A stretch of 32,000 nucleotides of DNA from Candidatus Saccharimonadota bacterium (lineage in GTDB: Bacteria > Patescibacteriota > Saccharimonadia > Saccharimonadales > Saccharimonadaceae). The notes beneath the pieces were generated by a model. That model made no database searches. It was not told where the DNA came from and saw only the letters and a program-made list of their open reading frames with translations. Below, one piece after another: positions 8,570-17,842 of the stretch. The translations under genes were made by a program, and so were the position numbers. The stretch lies in assembly GCA_023898645.1 (NCBI GenBank), contig CP060232.1:1102347-1134346 (forward strand), given 5' to 3'. The number at the start of each line of letters is the position of its first letter. Position 1 is the stretch's first letter.

Positions 8570-10639
8570 ATGATGCAGCGCTTGTCGAACCAACTGTTTG
8601 GCGGATCGCGCACACTTCTTCGGCGTGGGGCGTTATTCATGTTTGCCGGTGTTATGGCACTAGTCGTGACAGTATCGCCACTTGCAACACGTCCAGCATC
8701 AGCTCTTAGTTTTAGTCTGACCGGCAACAGTTGCGCCATCGAAACTGTAGGGTGGGTTGTTTGCCCCACGATGCGCTCTATTGCGCGCCTAGCTGACTAT
8801 GGTTTTTCCTATATAAATCAAAGTTCTCTCGCTATAAACTATAAAATTTTCGATAATTCGAGCAAAACCTTCAAGGCATGGGAAATCATGCGCAACATCG
8901 CCAACGGCATGTTTGTTGTAGTCTTTTTATACATTATATATGGCTACCTTATAGGTCGAACCGGCGGAAACTACACCATCAAGCGGCTACTACCACGCCT
9001 CGTAATCACAGCCATCGTCGTCAACACTTCGTATTTCCTAGGGGTTATTCTAGTTGATATATCAAATATTATCGGTGATTCCATATGGAGTATATTGAAA
9101 AATATTTACGGCAACGGCAGTCCTGTCATGCCAATTGGCGGAAGCGCCAATCCACTTAGTGATGGCAATTTGACCAAAATGGCCGCGGCTGCCATGGGCA
9201 ACACAGGAATGGTATGGGTACTAATGCCTCTAATTGCTGCCGTCACTATTACTGTCGCTATCATCAGCGCCGCCATGGTGATACTTGTCATCATGCGCGA
9301 AGCACTTGTTGCCGCACTTATTTTTGCGTCACCGTTATTAATAGTCCTTTATATATTGCCCAATGTTGAGCGTTTTTCCGGACAAGCAATACGACTATTC
9401 CTACAGCTCTTGTTGCTGTACCCAATTATTGCGCTACTGTTAGGAACTGGTCAAATTGTCAGCCTGGCGGCCGGTAGCTGGAGTAATACATCTGCATTTT
9501 ACGGCGGTGGAACTATGAGTATTGTGCCCGACCTTGTTGCTGCGGCAGCAGCCGTAGTACCCTTACTAGCCGTATGGTTCGTCTTTAAGAATATGTCGTC
9601 CATCATGAACGCTGCCGGTACACGATTAACTGCAAGCATTTCCGGTCGACGAGGGGGTGGTAAAGATGACGAAAAAGCTCGCGTTACCGGCAACGCGACG
9701 GCTGGTGCCGCCAACAATAAAAACACCGGCGGGTTACTAGGCCCTATGAATCGACGCCAGGCTTATAGCCGTAATCGACGCCATTCATCGCTTGGTAATA
9801 GTAGTCTTCCGGGTGTTATACGAAGTTCCGGCGGAGAAGGCGGAGCAGGCGGCCTTGGTGGTGTCGGCGGAGAAGGCGGAGCAGGCGGTCTTGGTGGTGG
9901 GGGCGGAGCAGGCGGTCTTGGTGGTGACGGTGGAATCACAGATGTAAGACCAGAGGTTGCAAGCGGAGCGGCGTTACAAAATACCCTTAATAACGTCATA
10001 AACCCAGGTGACACAACCGCGAAACTCGAAGGTCAACAAGAAGCTCGGGTTGAGGCGGATGTAAAATCCGGCGGCGTGGATGCTGGCGAGATAGCAAAGT
10101 CGCTGTCTACTTCTGAACTACAAACTCAAGAAAAAGAGAAGAAAAAGCAGGTTACCGCGAAAGACATATTCAATAGTCTCAACAAAGATCGTGGACATTC
10201 GTCAAAAGACAAAGACCGAAAGTTCGGTGCCGGACCCGCTCCTGCAGGCGGTGGCGGTGGCGAAGCTTCGTCTGTCGGTCAGCCGTCAGCACCAGTTGCT
10301 AGTTATCAAGCACCTCAGATCGCTCAGGGTAGTAATAATGTTGTGAGTGGCAGCTCCGCTCCGCAACAACCTGTCCAAGTAATTGCCGTGCCCGTGCAGG
10401 TCGATGCTTCAACGTTACTTGGCCAAAATCATCCACCCGACAATGTCAGTCAGCCTCCAATCAGTGGAACAGAGGAAAAAGCAAAAGCGCGAGCACAAAA
10501 ATACCTTTTTGACACCGAAAAAGACCTTAGTGAAGCACGTAATGCCGATGACATCTTAAAGCACGCAAACGGCATACTAACTGAACAACCCCACACATCG
10601 AGTGCACCTGAAAATGGCGACAAGGAAGACGAGAGGTAA
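8570..10639 (+). CDS. VirB6/TrbL-like polytopic T4SS membrane protein, paralog A, with a long disordered Gly/Lys/Glu-rich tail
   Basis: 689 aa with a signal/anchor and the C-x9-C motif NSCAIETVGWVVCP. About 6-7 TM helices carry IKRLLPRLVITAIVVNTSYF, SPLLIVLYILPNVERF and VPLLAVWFVF, all shared with 17843..20164. The architecture (N-terminal loop, polytopic core, hydrophilic tail) is that of VirB6/TrbL/ConG-type proteins. Confidence 0.65.
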   Translation: MMQRLSNQLFGGSRTLLRRGALFMFAGVMALVVTVSPLATRPASALSFSLTGNSCAIETVGWVVCPTMRSIARLADYGFSYINQSSLAINYKIFDNSSKTFKAWEIMRNIANGMFVVVFLYIIYGYLIGRTGGNYTIKRLLPRLVITAIVVNTSYFLGVILVDISNIIGDSIWSILKNIYGNGSPVMPIGGSANPLSDGNLTKMAAAAMGNTGMVWVLMPLIAAVTITVAIISAAMVILVIMREALVAALIFASPLLIVLYILPNVERFSGQAIRLFLQLLLLYPIIALLLGTGQIVSLAAGSWSNTSAFYGGGTMSIVPDLVAAAAAVVPLLAVWFVFKNMSSIMNAAGTRLTASISGRRGGGKDDEKARVTGNATAGAANNKNTGGLLGPMNRRQAYSRNRRHSSLGNSSLPGVIRSSGGEGGAGGLGGVGGEGGAGGLGGGGGAGGLGGDGGITDVRPEVASGAALQNTLNNVINPGDTTAKLEGQQEARVEADVKSGGVDAGEIAKSLSTSELQTQEKEKKKQVTAKDIFNSLNKDRGHSSKDKDRKFGAGPAPAGGGGGEASSVGQPSAPVASYQAPQIAQGSNNVVSGSSAPQQPVQVIAVPVQVDASTLLGQNHPPDNVSQPPISGTEEKAKARAQKYLFDTEKDLSEARNADDILKHANGILTEQPHTSSAPENGDKEDER
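9830..9928 (+). repeat. In-frame tandem repeat (36+36+27 nt) encoding GGEGGAGGLGGx units inside the VirB6-like tail
   Basis: ggcggagaaggcggagcaggcggccttggtggtgtc, then ggcggagaaggcggagcaggcggtcttggtggtggg, then ggcggagcaggcggtcttggtggtgac. The first two units are 33/36 identical. The third lacks the first 9 nt. Confidence 0.85.
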
Positions 10640-13600
10640 TGGTTGATAAGCTTAGCCCTTCTGGACAAACAGCCCCGGAGCAGGATTACCAAAAAAAATT
10701 CAACCGAGCAAAAAAAGCCCCATCTGACACCTCGGATATAAAGGAGCAAGAAAAAAGCGGTGGCGATGCAAGCTGGAAAACCAAAGCCGATAGCAAAACA
10801 AACGAAGTATCAAAATCAGACAATTCAGGACGTAAAAAGGGTAGGTTTGGCTTCAAGGGCAGGCGAAGGGGAAAAATTCGGCAAGGTTCAGCATTTGTAT
10901 TTGTTGTAGGGCTCATTCTTGCTGGGGTCTGGTATACATCAGTGTTGGCACCAAACATATTATTGGTAAACATTAAAGAAATGTATACCAACGACCTAGC
11001 CGACGCGACTACCGCGCTCGAGATTTACACACAAATCATGTATTTCTATAAGATCGGACCTTTGTCTGGTCAAGATTGCAACATGGGGCAGCCAATGAAC
11101 ACGCAGTCCATTAAATGTAAGCTGACGACTATGAGTCGAAGTCAAAAGGAATCATTCGAAAGACAAGGCTTTAGTTTTGGAATTCCAATTCCTGACACCG
11201 TAAAGACACTGATTCCCGGTTCTGACAAGTTTGATTTTTGCGCTCAAAAAGTATACGAAGACAATCGGGACGATGGAGACCCTCGCAATGACAAGCCCGA
11301 AAGTCGCTATAGGATATTCTGCATATTACCACCAAACTACAAACAAATCATAGACTCCGTCAAAGCTGCCGGCACTTCATCAATCATGAAGACTATTCAA
11401 GGTAACGGAGATGCTCAGGGTGGTGTAACTAGTGTTTTAAATCAACTCTTAAACCCACTTAAGGATGCTACAAAAAGTCCGCAGGCTCTGCTTAATGGAA
11501 TTTTATCAGAAGCGCCAATCACCTCGGGCCCACAGTTATGGCTCTACTCACAACTCAGTACGACCGCGAAAGAACAGGTATATAGCGTATTCAACCCTAG
11601 ATCAAGTTTCTTTACTGACGCACGATTCAAGCAGCGCATAAAGTCCAGATACAACATGACAAAAAGCGTCACAGTAACCGGCAACACCGAAGCGCAGGTC
11701 AACAGCTCATTTGACAGCTCTGTACAAAAAACCGACGGAGGCATAGATGGACTCACAGGACAGCCAAATCCCACAGACGGCGTCAGCCTAGCCTCGCTTA
11801 GTAGCCCACTCAACCTCACTCAGTTGAAGTCGCTTGCTAGCACCCTGACAGGTGGTCTAAATATTAACACGATAAAAAGTTTCGGAAGTAAGCTTCCCGC
11901 AATCGCCGATCTCGAAACCGCTGGAAATTTGCTTGCAACAAACACCTACACCTACACGGACCTTATGTGTAGTTGGTATACCATCGGTGAAATGACCAAC
12001 AATGCGCTAACTCGCGCAAAAGCCACGACTGCGGCACGCTTCGCCCTGCAATATCTTAAGGCTGCCGATGCAATCAAAGCGGGTACTGCAGAAGAGGTGC
12101 CGACAAATGTCCTAGCCAGTAAATTGGCCGAGGGTACGCTGGGCGGCTATGGCGGTAGTAGTGCGACCGATTCGCTCATCTACCATTCGATTACCTATGG
12201 TGATTCAGTACCTAAATCTATCGGTGGTCTTGGTAAGCTGCTTGAAGACGCCGCAGCCATCGTCACCTATAATCTTTCGGCCTATGAAAACATCGGTACA
12301 CTTGCTGCCTCGTGGGCGCAAATAATACCTAACGCAGCAGCACTTGGTGCAATAGCTGGTACGACTGGTGAGCTTTTGCCGCCACCTGCAAATGCAACGA
12401 TGCCGGGTTCAACTCCGCTCGACAGCCAGTACTGCGAGTCGGGCGCAACAACTCAAAGTACAAGTCAAATAAAACCGGGTGATAGTAAAACCACAAAATG
12501 TATCGATGCCATCAATGCAATGGCTCCGATTGGGACACAAGGACTCGTTGCCGATGCAACCGTTACTGCTGGTCAAACGTGTCCGGAACCTCACTACGAC
12601 CAACCAGACGATACCTTCGAAGGTGAATATCTCATGTTGCCCTCACAAAAAATTGTTCAGGCAACGCTAACACCTTACGTTGCTGGGTGGTTTGGTGTAA
12701 ACACTATGCTCAGCGCCGCAATCACCCAACAACTTTACACATCACACATCAAAGGTATTGCCGCAAATTATGCGTTGTTTTCAGGTATGGGCGAACTACT
12801 GGGCGATATGGCTCAAAGTCGTGGCTTAATGCCAAGCAATACCATCGACATGGAGGCTTACTTGCATCTAGGCGAAGTACTAGGTGTCCAAAAAGACCAA
12901 GACGCAATCGCCCAATACAATGCAAAGAAAAACCCTTTTGATCCATACAATAAATTCTCGTTTGTAGGCTCAATCTTCAGCGGACTTTCACCATCCGTAG
13001 ACAATAGAGCCCCATTATTTGCCACTATCAACAACATACTTTCTCTCGTAAGCAACGGTGCTCAACATCTAGGACAAATGTCTATGGCTAATGCATTTTA
13101 TCACTCACAACCATCACTCATAACTGGTGACGGTAGTATGCCGGAACGAGAGGCGGCTTACTTACTGCGACTTTCATCGGCATTTTGTCCAATTGATCTT
13201 CAGTACCTTGCAATCGGCATCACACCCGACATTATGTGCAACGTCCGCTATAGTATGCCTCTCGAGGATATCGGTACCGCACTCAATCTATCTGGGGTTA
13301 TTGACTATATGACCCAATCTCATTCAGATGCATATAACTCACAAACCCAAGAACTAACCAAGCGCATAGGCGAGGCCGACGTAGAAGGTAACAAAGCGTA
13401 TTTAAGTGCGCAACTTGCCACCGTTGAAGCAGTCCAGAACAGGCCTTTCATCGACAAGAAAACAGGTAAGCCAACACCGGGTGGTGAATATGACAAATAC
13501 TTACAATATTGCGTTAACCGACTCGACCCATGGGGGCGTAGCGCAATTGCAGAGACATATCGTGGACTGTCAGACAAAGAAAAAGAAAAGCGTCAATCAG

Positions 13601-13926
13601 CACTCTTTCAAAACGATGAGAACGCAGGCAGCAAAAACGCTGGTGATCCAAACGAAAGAATACCAAACGGCATACCAACTATGGCTGTTACGGCAACTCA
13701 AAGCGACCAGGGATGGTACACGGGCAGTAAATGTACACGGGCAGGTCAACTGACAGACCCTTCTATATCTCAGATGCTACAGTACTTCCGCGCTTATACC
13801 ACGTTATGTTCGGTTGACGGCTCCATGTCGGGCATCGTCGACTGCACGGAGCCCGACCACGTAGAAGGGGACTATAGCGATCCGTTCTACCTAAACAACA
13901 ATATATTGTATACATCCTGGTACTAG
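10639..13926 (+). CDS. Large membrane-anchored surface protein, paralog A of the 25493..28702 protein (no hydrolase domain)
   Basis: 1095 aa. A basic, disordered N-terminus of about 85 aa is followed by one TM helix (AFVFVVGLILAGVWY) and an ectodomain of about 1000 aa. It is colinear with 25493..28702: MSRSQKESFERQGFSF vs MSEGQKARFEKEGFKV; FSFVGSIFSGL vs YSFMGQIASQL; YLQYCVNRL vs YIKYCVERK. The start is coupled to the upstream stop (TAATG) and preceded by GAGAGG. Confidence 0.7.
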   Translation: MVDKLSPSGQTAPEQDYQKKFNRAKKAPSDTSDIKEQEKSGGDASWKTKADSKTNEVSKSDNSGRKKGRFGFKGRRRGKIRQGSAFVFVVGLILAGVWYTSVLAPNILLVNIKEMYTNDLADATTALEIYTQIMYFYKIGPLSGQDCNMGQPMNTQSIKCKLTTMSRSQKESFERQGFSFGIPIPDTVKTLIPGSDKFDFCAQKVYEDNRDDGDPRNDKPESRYRIFCILPPNYKQIIDSVKAAGTSSIMKTIQGNGDAQGGVTSVLNQLLNPLKDATKSPQALLNGILSEAPITSGPQLWLYSQLSTTAKEQVYSVFNPRSSFFTDARFKQRIKSRYNMTKSVTVTGNTEAQVNSSFDSSVQKTDGGIDGLTGQPNPTDGVSLASLSSPLNLTQLKSLASTLTGGLNINTIKSFGSKLPAIADLETAGNLLATNTYTYTDLMCSWYTIGEMTNNALTRAKATTAARFALQYLKAADAIKAGTAEEVPTNVLASKLAEGTLGGYGGSSATDSLIYHSITYGDSVPKSIGGLGKLLEDAAAIVTYNLSAYENIGTLAASWAQIIPNAAALGAIAGTTGELLPPPANATMPGSTPLDSQYCESGATTQSTSQIKPGDSKTTKCIDAINAMAPIGTQGLVADATVTAGQTCPEPHYDQPDDTFEGEYLMLPSQKIVQATLTPYVAGWFGVNTMLSAAITQQLYTSHIKGIAANYALFSGMGELLGDMAQSRGLMPSNTIDMEAYLHLGEVLGVQKDQDAIAQYNAKKNPFDPYNKFSFVGSIFSGLSPSVDNRAPLFATINNILSLVSNGAQHLGQMSMANAFYHSQPSLITGDGSMPEREAAYLLRLSSAFCPIDLQYLAIGITPDIMCNVRYSMPLEDIGTALNLSGVIDYMTQSHSDAYNSQTQELTKRIGEADVEGNKAYLSAQLATVEAVQNRPFIDKKTGKPTPGGEYDKYLQYCVNRLDPWGRSAIAETYRGLSDKEKEKRQSALFQNDENAGSKNAGDPNERIPNGIPTMAVTATQSDQGWYTGSKCTRAGQLTDPSISQMLQYFRAYTTLCSVDGSMSGIVDCTEPDHVEGDYSDPFYLNNNILYTSWY

Positions 13927-13973
13927 AGTATCTAGCCATATATAACTAGTTCGAGAAGGTCTGAGCTTGGTTC

Positions 13974-14642
13974 TTACAACTTAACTGCAAGAGCTATTTT
14001 CTTGAGAGCTGCTAAGGAGTTGACTTCACTCATATAAATATCGTCGTCTGGCTGCGCAACTACAAATCGATACACAGTAAGCCCGTCGATAACCATCAAA
14101 TGATACTCCCGGCTGTTACCAATCGTTTGGGCGTGTCTGAAGTAAAGAGGAAGGCCATTTACCTTTCCTGCCTGCATAGTAGCTATGTAGATATGATCGT
14201 CATCAAGCGCCTTTTTATCCTTGTATATTCTTTTGTCTATATACAGACTCGACGCCACGCCGTCGATTCGAACAAACGGAAAGGTGAGTGTTTGACCAAG
14301 GTTGCCGTTGTAATTAAACACCTTGCTTACTTGAGGGTCTCCAACAGACCTTGCACTACTACCTAAAGCAGTGACCACTTGAGCCTTACTTGCAATCGAC
14401 TTCACATTAAGACTAACTCCATCTTCGATACCTGCTCGAAATCCGTCAGCTCCCACGCCACGTTGCACTCCGGGGTTTGGGTCTTTTGGCATCATTGTGA
14501 TTGATAAAACTGTTATTGCGACCGCGACTGCGCCTATGATACAGAAAATGGCCAATACAGCTATCTGTTTCTTTCGACCTATAATCACCTCTACCTCTTG
14601 TTCAAGAGGTTTTTTGTCATGAGGTTGAGTGTTTTTTGTCAT
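13974..14642 (-). CDS. Bitopic membrane protein of unknown function
   Basis: 222 aa with N-terminal TM helix IAVLAIFCIIGAVAVAITVLSI followed by a soluble domain of about 170 aa. I recognise no motif. It is the only minus-strand gene between the two + strand T4SS modules. Confidence 0.55.
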   Translation of the reverse strand: MTKNTQPHDKKPLEQEVEVIIGRKKQIAVLAIFCIIGAVAVAITVLSITMMPKDPNPGVQRGVGADGFRAGIEDGVSLNVKSIASKAQVVTALGSSARSVGDPQVSKVFNYNGNLGQTLTFPFVRIDGVASSLYIDKRIYKDKKALDDDHIYIATMQAGKVNGLPLYFRHAQTIGNSREYHLMVIDGLTVYRFVVAQPDDDIYMSEVNSLAALKKIALAVKL

Positions 14643-14730
14643 TCTACTCTTATACTATCACAGGTATTACACTCTCGGTAAAGTACTTGTCCTTAAAGTG
14701 GTGCTATTGTATCCTTATGGTGTACGTATC

Positions 14731-16824
14731 ATGAATAAAAAAACAGTACAGTTCATAACCCACAGTAAAAAATCTATGCGACGCGCCGTTCATCTACCAG
14801 CCGCAGTGCCCGCACTTATCCTTGTTGGGCTTTTTGTAGTTGGTGGAGTAGGTATGGTTCAGCAGGTCCATGCTGCCCAATCAATGTCTGACTACTGTAG
14901 TAAGTACTCGTCAAATGATGACAATAACGCTTGTAAAGACGGCGTAAAAGGTCTTGACTGTGGTGCTTATCAAATAATATTTGCTCAAGATCCAACTACC
15001 GCCAATAAAACCACAGGTATATGCAACCAAGCAGCCAAAGATCGTGCCTCTGGCATCGTCTCGAACTCACTATTAACGCCCACTCCCACACCTACACCCC
15101 CTGCAACTCCAAGCACGGCACCATCTACAAACCCGAATCCTACACCTACCGTTTCTGCAACAGCAACTCCAAGTGCCACGCCTACAGCTACACCTACCGC
15201 AACACCAAGCGCCACACCCACACCTACAGACGCGTCACCAGGAGCTAGCCCTGTTAATTTCCAAAATTTCCTCGAACAAGCAAAAAGCCTATCTCAGTAT
15301 ATCGACATCCTCCACAATAACGGACCCGATGCTAATGTTGACACCACAAAGGGAGTTAGTAATAGCCCATCGTCGTATGTAAACGGTGCCGGCAAGCAAC
15401 AACCAATAAAGATTCTCCAACAAGGCACCGGCAACTCACCAATTATTCTGTTCTTTAACGGTGGTGGCTGGCACAACAACGACTTAGACGGCGAAAGGAT
15501 TCAGAGTGCTGAAGACAATGGTGAAAACCCTTGGAATCGTGGGTATGCAATGCTCGATGTAACATATCGACTTGGTTCAAGTGGTATTTACTATATGTAC
15601 GAAGACGTCATGCGCGCCATTCAACACGTTCACGACAACGCCGCCTTATATGGTGCAGACCCAAACAAAATGGTCATTTGGGGAGACAGTGCTGGCGGTA
15701 GCTTAGTTATGCGAGCAGCGGCTAGTGGTAAAACAGGAGCTAAAGCTGCAGTAGGCTGGTCCGCGCCGACTAATGCATTCACGGTATTGTTTAGATCATT
15801 TGGCTCTCTAGCCATCGGCATAGACCACTCAACATGCGCTCCGACCGATCTTGCAGGTTTAGCTAACTTCGCCGATCTACTTGGTGGCGGTAGCGGAGAC
15901 GTAGCGCAATACGGTCAGGGCCTCAGTAGTAATGACTTTTCCGCAATCGGCTATAGTGGTGACGCTGTAAACGTTGCTGGCTTTAATCCACTTGCACTCC
16001 TCACAGAAGGATTTGTTGCAGGAAAAAACCTACTCGGCGCAGCAAAAAACTTCGAATCAATCACAAATCAAATAGGTAGCAAAGATTTCTCGGGTCTTGC
16101 GGGAAGCACACTAAATCTCGCTAGTAAAAAATTTGTTGAATGTATTGATAACTTTAATGTTATGTCGCCGGCATTGTTCGCTAGCCCAGACACGCCACCA
16201 AGCTTCTTGGCGGAGTTTGAAAATGACGGACTCATCGGTCCAGACCAAGCTTATGGCATGCGCGATAAATTACGGCAGCTAGGTATTAAATCGGAAGCCT
16301 GGGTGCTACCTGGTAGTGATGATTGTATGCAAAAGGCAATCGCACCACTGGGTCTTGGGTGCCACCTGGGATATTATTCGCCCTTCATTCGTCCTACGCT
16401 CGACTTCCTCGACAGTGTCATCAACACGGGGGACCTACCAGCTGGTGGTGGTACTAGTGCTACCGGAGGTGGTTCGACGAATTCAAACGGTTCAGGCAGC
16501 GACTCTGGTGGTGGATCGAGTGGGAATTCTAGCAATAGCGGGAGTGGGGGCGGCTCAAACAACTCTGGCTCCGGCGGCTCTAGTAGTAATCAAGATAGCG
16601 CTACGACAGTCGCTCAGCAAAAAGCAGACTGCGAAAGCGCTGGAAAGACTTGGGTAACCATCACGAAGAACATAGGCTATTGCCCTCGGCCAACTCTACA
16701 AGAAAAATCAAATGGCTATTACACTGCATCCTATGTTAAATCAGGTGACTCGGGACATTATAACTGTCCAAAAGGCGGCACCTTTACCCAAGACCCTCAA
16801 AAGGGCAACATCTGTAAACTCTGA
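14731..16824 (+). CDS. Secreted alpha/beta-hydrolase (esterase/lipase, hormone-sensitive-lipase-like fold) with Cys-rich terminal modules
   Basis: I prefer the start at MNKKTVQF... with the signal/anchor PAAVPALILVGLFVVGGVGMVQQVHA; the track start at 14629 overlaps the divergent gene. It has the oxyanion-type motif ILFFNGGGWH and the nucleophile elbow VIWGDSAGGSL. A TP-rich linker separates the N-terminal 4-Cys module, and a G/S/N-rich linker separates the C-terminal 4-Cys module. Confidence 0.65.
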   Translation: MNKKTVQFITHSKKSMRRAVHLPAAVPALILVGLFVVGGVGMVQQVHAAQSMSDYCSKYSSNDDNNACKDGVKGLDCGAYQIIFAQDPTTANKTTGICNQAAKDRASGIVSNSLLTPTPTPTPPATPSTAPSTNPNPTPTVSATATPSATPTATPTATPSATPTPTDASPGASPVNFQNFLEQAKSLSQYIDILHNNGPDANVDTTKGVSNSPSSYVNGAGKQQPIKILQQGTGNSPIILFFNGGGWHNNDLDGERIQSAEDNGENPWNRGYAMLDVTYRLGSSGIYYMYEDVMRAIQHVHDNAALYGADPNKMVIWGDSAGGSLVMRAAASGKTGAKAAVGWSAPTNAFTVLFRSFGSLAIGIDHSTCAPTDLAGLANFADLLGGGSGDVAQYGQGLSSNDFSAIGYSGDAVNVAGFNPLALLTEGFVAGKNLLGAAKNFESITNQIGSKDFSGLAGSTLNLASKKFVECIDNFNVMSPALFASPDTPPSFLAEFENDGLIGPDQAYGMRDKLRQLGIKSEAWVLPGSDDCMQKAIAPLGLGCHLGYYSPFIRPTLDFLDSVINTGDLPAGGGTSATGGGSTNSNGSGSDSGGGSSGNSSNSGSGGGSNNSGSGGSSSNQDSATTVAQQKADCESAGKTWVTITKNIGYCPRPTLQEKSNGYYTASYVKSGDSGHYNCPKGGTFTQDPQKGNICKL
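15076..15227 (+). repeat. Low-complexity Thr/Pro/Ala/Ser-rich linker-coding repeat
   Basis: Encodes TPTPTPTPPATPSTAPSTNPNPTPTVSATATPSATPTATPTATPSATPTPT, with imperfect ac(n)cc(n) dinucleotide-codon reiteration in the DNA. Confidence 0.7.
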
Positions 16825-16935
16825 CGCAATTTTGTAATATACGTCTAAACCTCTTGCGCTTATTCGATTTTTAGTGTATAGTTAAGTTTGAAAAATATTG
16901 TTCATTTGTCGATTAGACGAAAGGATATCCACCAC

Positions 16936-17772
16936 ATGTCACGTCACAATCAAGAGCCTAAAAATAAAGATAAGAAATTAAACTGGAAAAAAGTCACTGC
17001 CGTTACCGCCATAGGTGGTGCCGCCGTGCTTGGAGTAGGTGCCTGCTCGACCGAAAACTCTAACTCTAATTCTAGTCCCGCTATTTCAAACTCTTCAGAA
17101 GCTCCGCACATGTATGGCGACACGAACGGTGATAGTACTTTTTCCCAGGATGAACTGCACGCCATGAGTCCAAGCGACGTTGCGAATATTGCGCCATCTC
17201 TGCTCGCAAATGCATACGCTTCAGATTTTGAAAAATATAGGCAAGATACACTTAATATACTTGTGGATAAAAACCTCCTGTACGGACAAGAAAAAGATAT
17301 TCTGTCGGCTCCTAGTGGACCTAAAGTTAACTATACAGACCAACAAGTGATAAACGAGGTTACTCTTGACGTTGCGGATTCGAGTATGCAACCCGACCCC
17401 ACAGATGGACAGCGAATGCTCGCTCTTCCATACAACAAAGATGCTGGTGGCTTCACTGATGCACAGAACTTTATTAAGCCGGGTGCAGGCGTTAATTTGA
17501 ATGCCTACATACAAACCGACGACCCAATACCTAGGCCCCAGGGAGAGTTTAACGGCGTCGACTTATCCGACTATGCCCAGGCTCGTGTTATCCGTCAAAG
17601 GAAACTTCCCAACAACCCTCAAGATGCAATATTTGACGAAATCAGTCTCTATGGACTCATTAAAGACAAGAGCGGTCAAAACGAAGAATGGCAGCTAGTT
17701 CAACGATGGCTCGCTACTGACTCTGGTGTAAATCTTGCGGTTGATAAGCTAACTGCGCCAGGCAACTGGTAG
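16936..17772 (+). CDS. Putative lipoprotein of unknown function
   Basis: I prefer the ATG at 16936 (AAAGGA lies 10 nt upstream) over the TTG at 16888. The sequence MSRHNQEPKNKDKKLNWKKVTAVTAIGGAAVLGVGAC-S has a lipobox-like VGAC followed by a Ser/Asn-rich tether. The remainder has no motif I recognise. Confidence 0.5.
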   Translation: MSRHNQEPKNKDKKLNWKKVTAVTAIGGAAVLGVGACSTENSNSNSSPAISNSSEAPHMYGDTNGDSTFSQDELHAMSPSDVANIAPSLLANAYASDFEKYRQDTLNILVDKNLLYGQEKDILSAPSGPKVNYTDQQVINEVTLDVADSSMQPDPTDGQRMLALPYNKDAGGFTDAQNFIKPGAGVNLNAYIQTDDPIPRPQGEFNGVDLSDYAQARVIRQRKLPNNPQDAIFDEISLYGLIKDKSGQNEEWQLVQRWLATDSGVNLAVDKLTAPGNW

Positions 17773-17842
17773 TCCATACAGCCGCCAACCTCTGGCTTTC
17801 GCCTTGTGATGCGCTAGTGCTTAGTGTATCTTATAGACAGGC

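Noticed and set aside
9763-10014. 83-aa proline-rich minus-strand ORF (PPRPPAPPSPP...)
   Set aside because: It is simply the reverse complement of the Gly-rich tandem repeat in the VirB6-like A tail, so it is an artefact of the repeat composition.
14629-14730. N-terminal extension of the esterase ORF (track start at 14629) and the TTG start at 16888 of the lipoprotein ORF
   Set aside because: The extension overlaps the divergent gene start and encodes no sensible signal sequence. The internal ATGs at 14731 and 16936 give canonical signal or lipoprotein N-termini.
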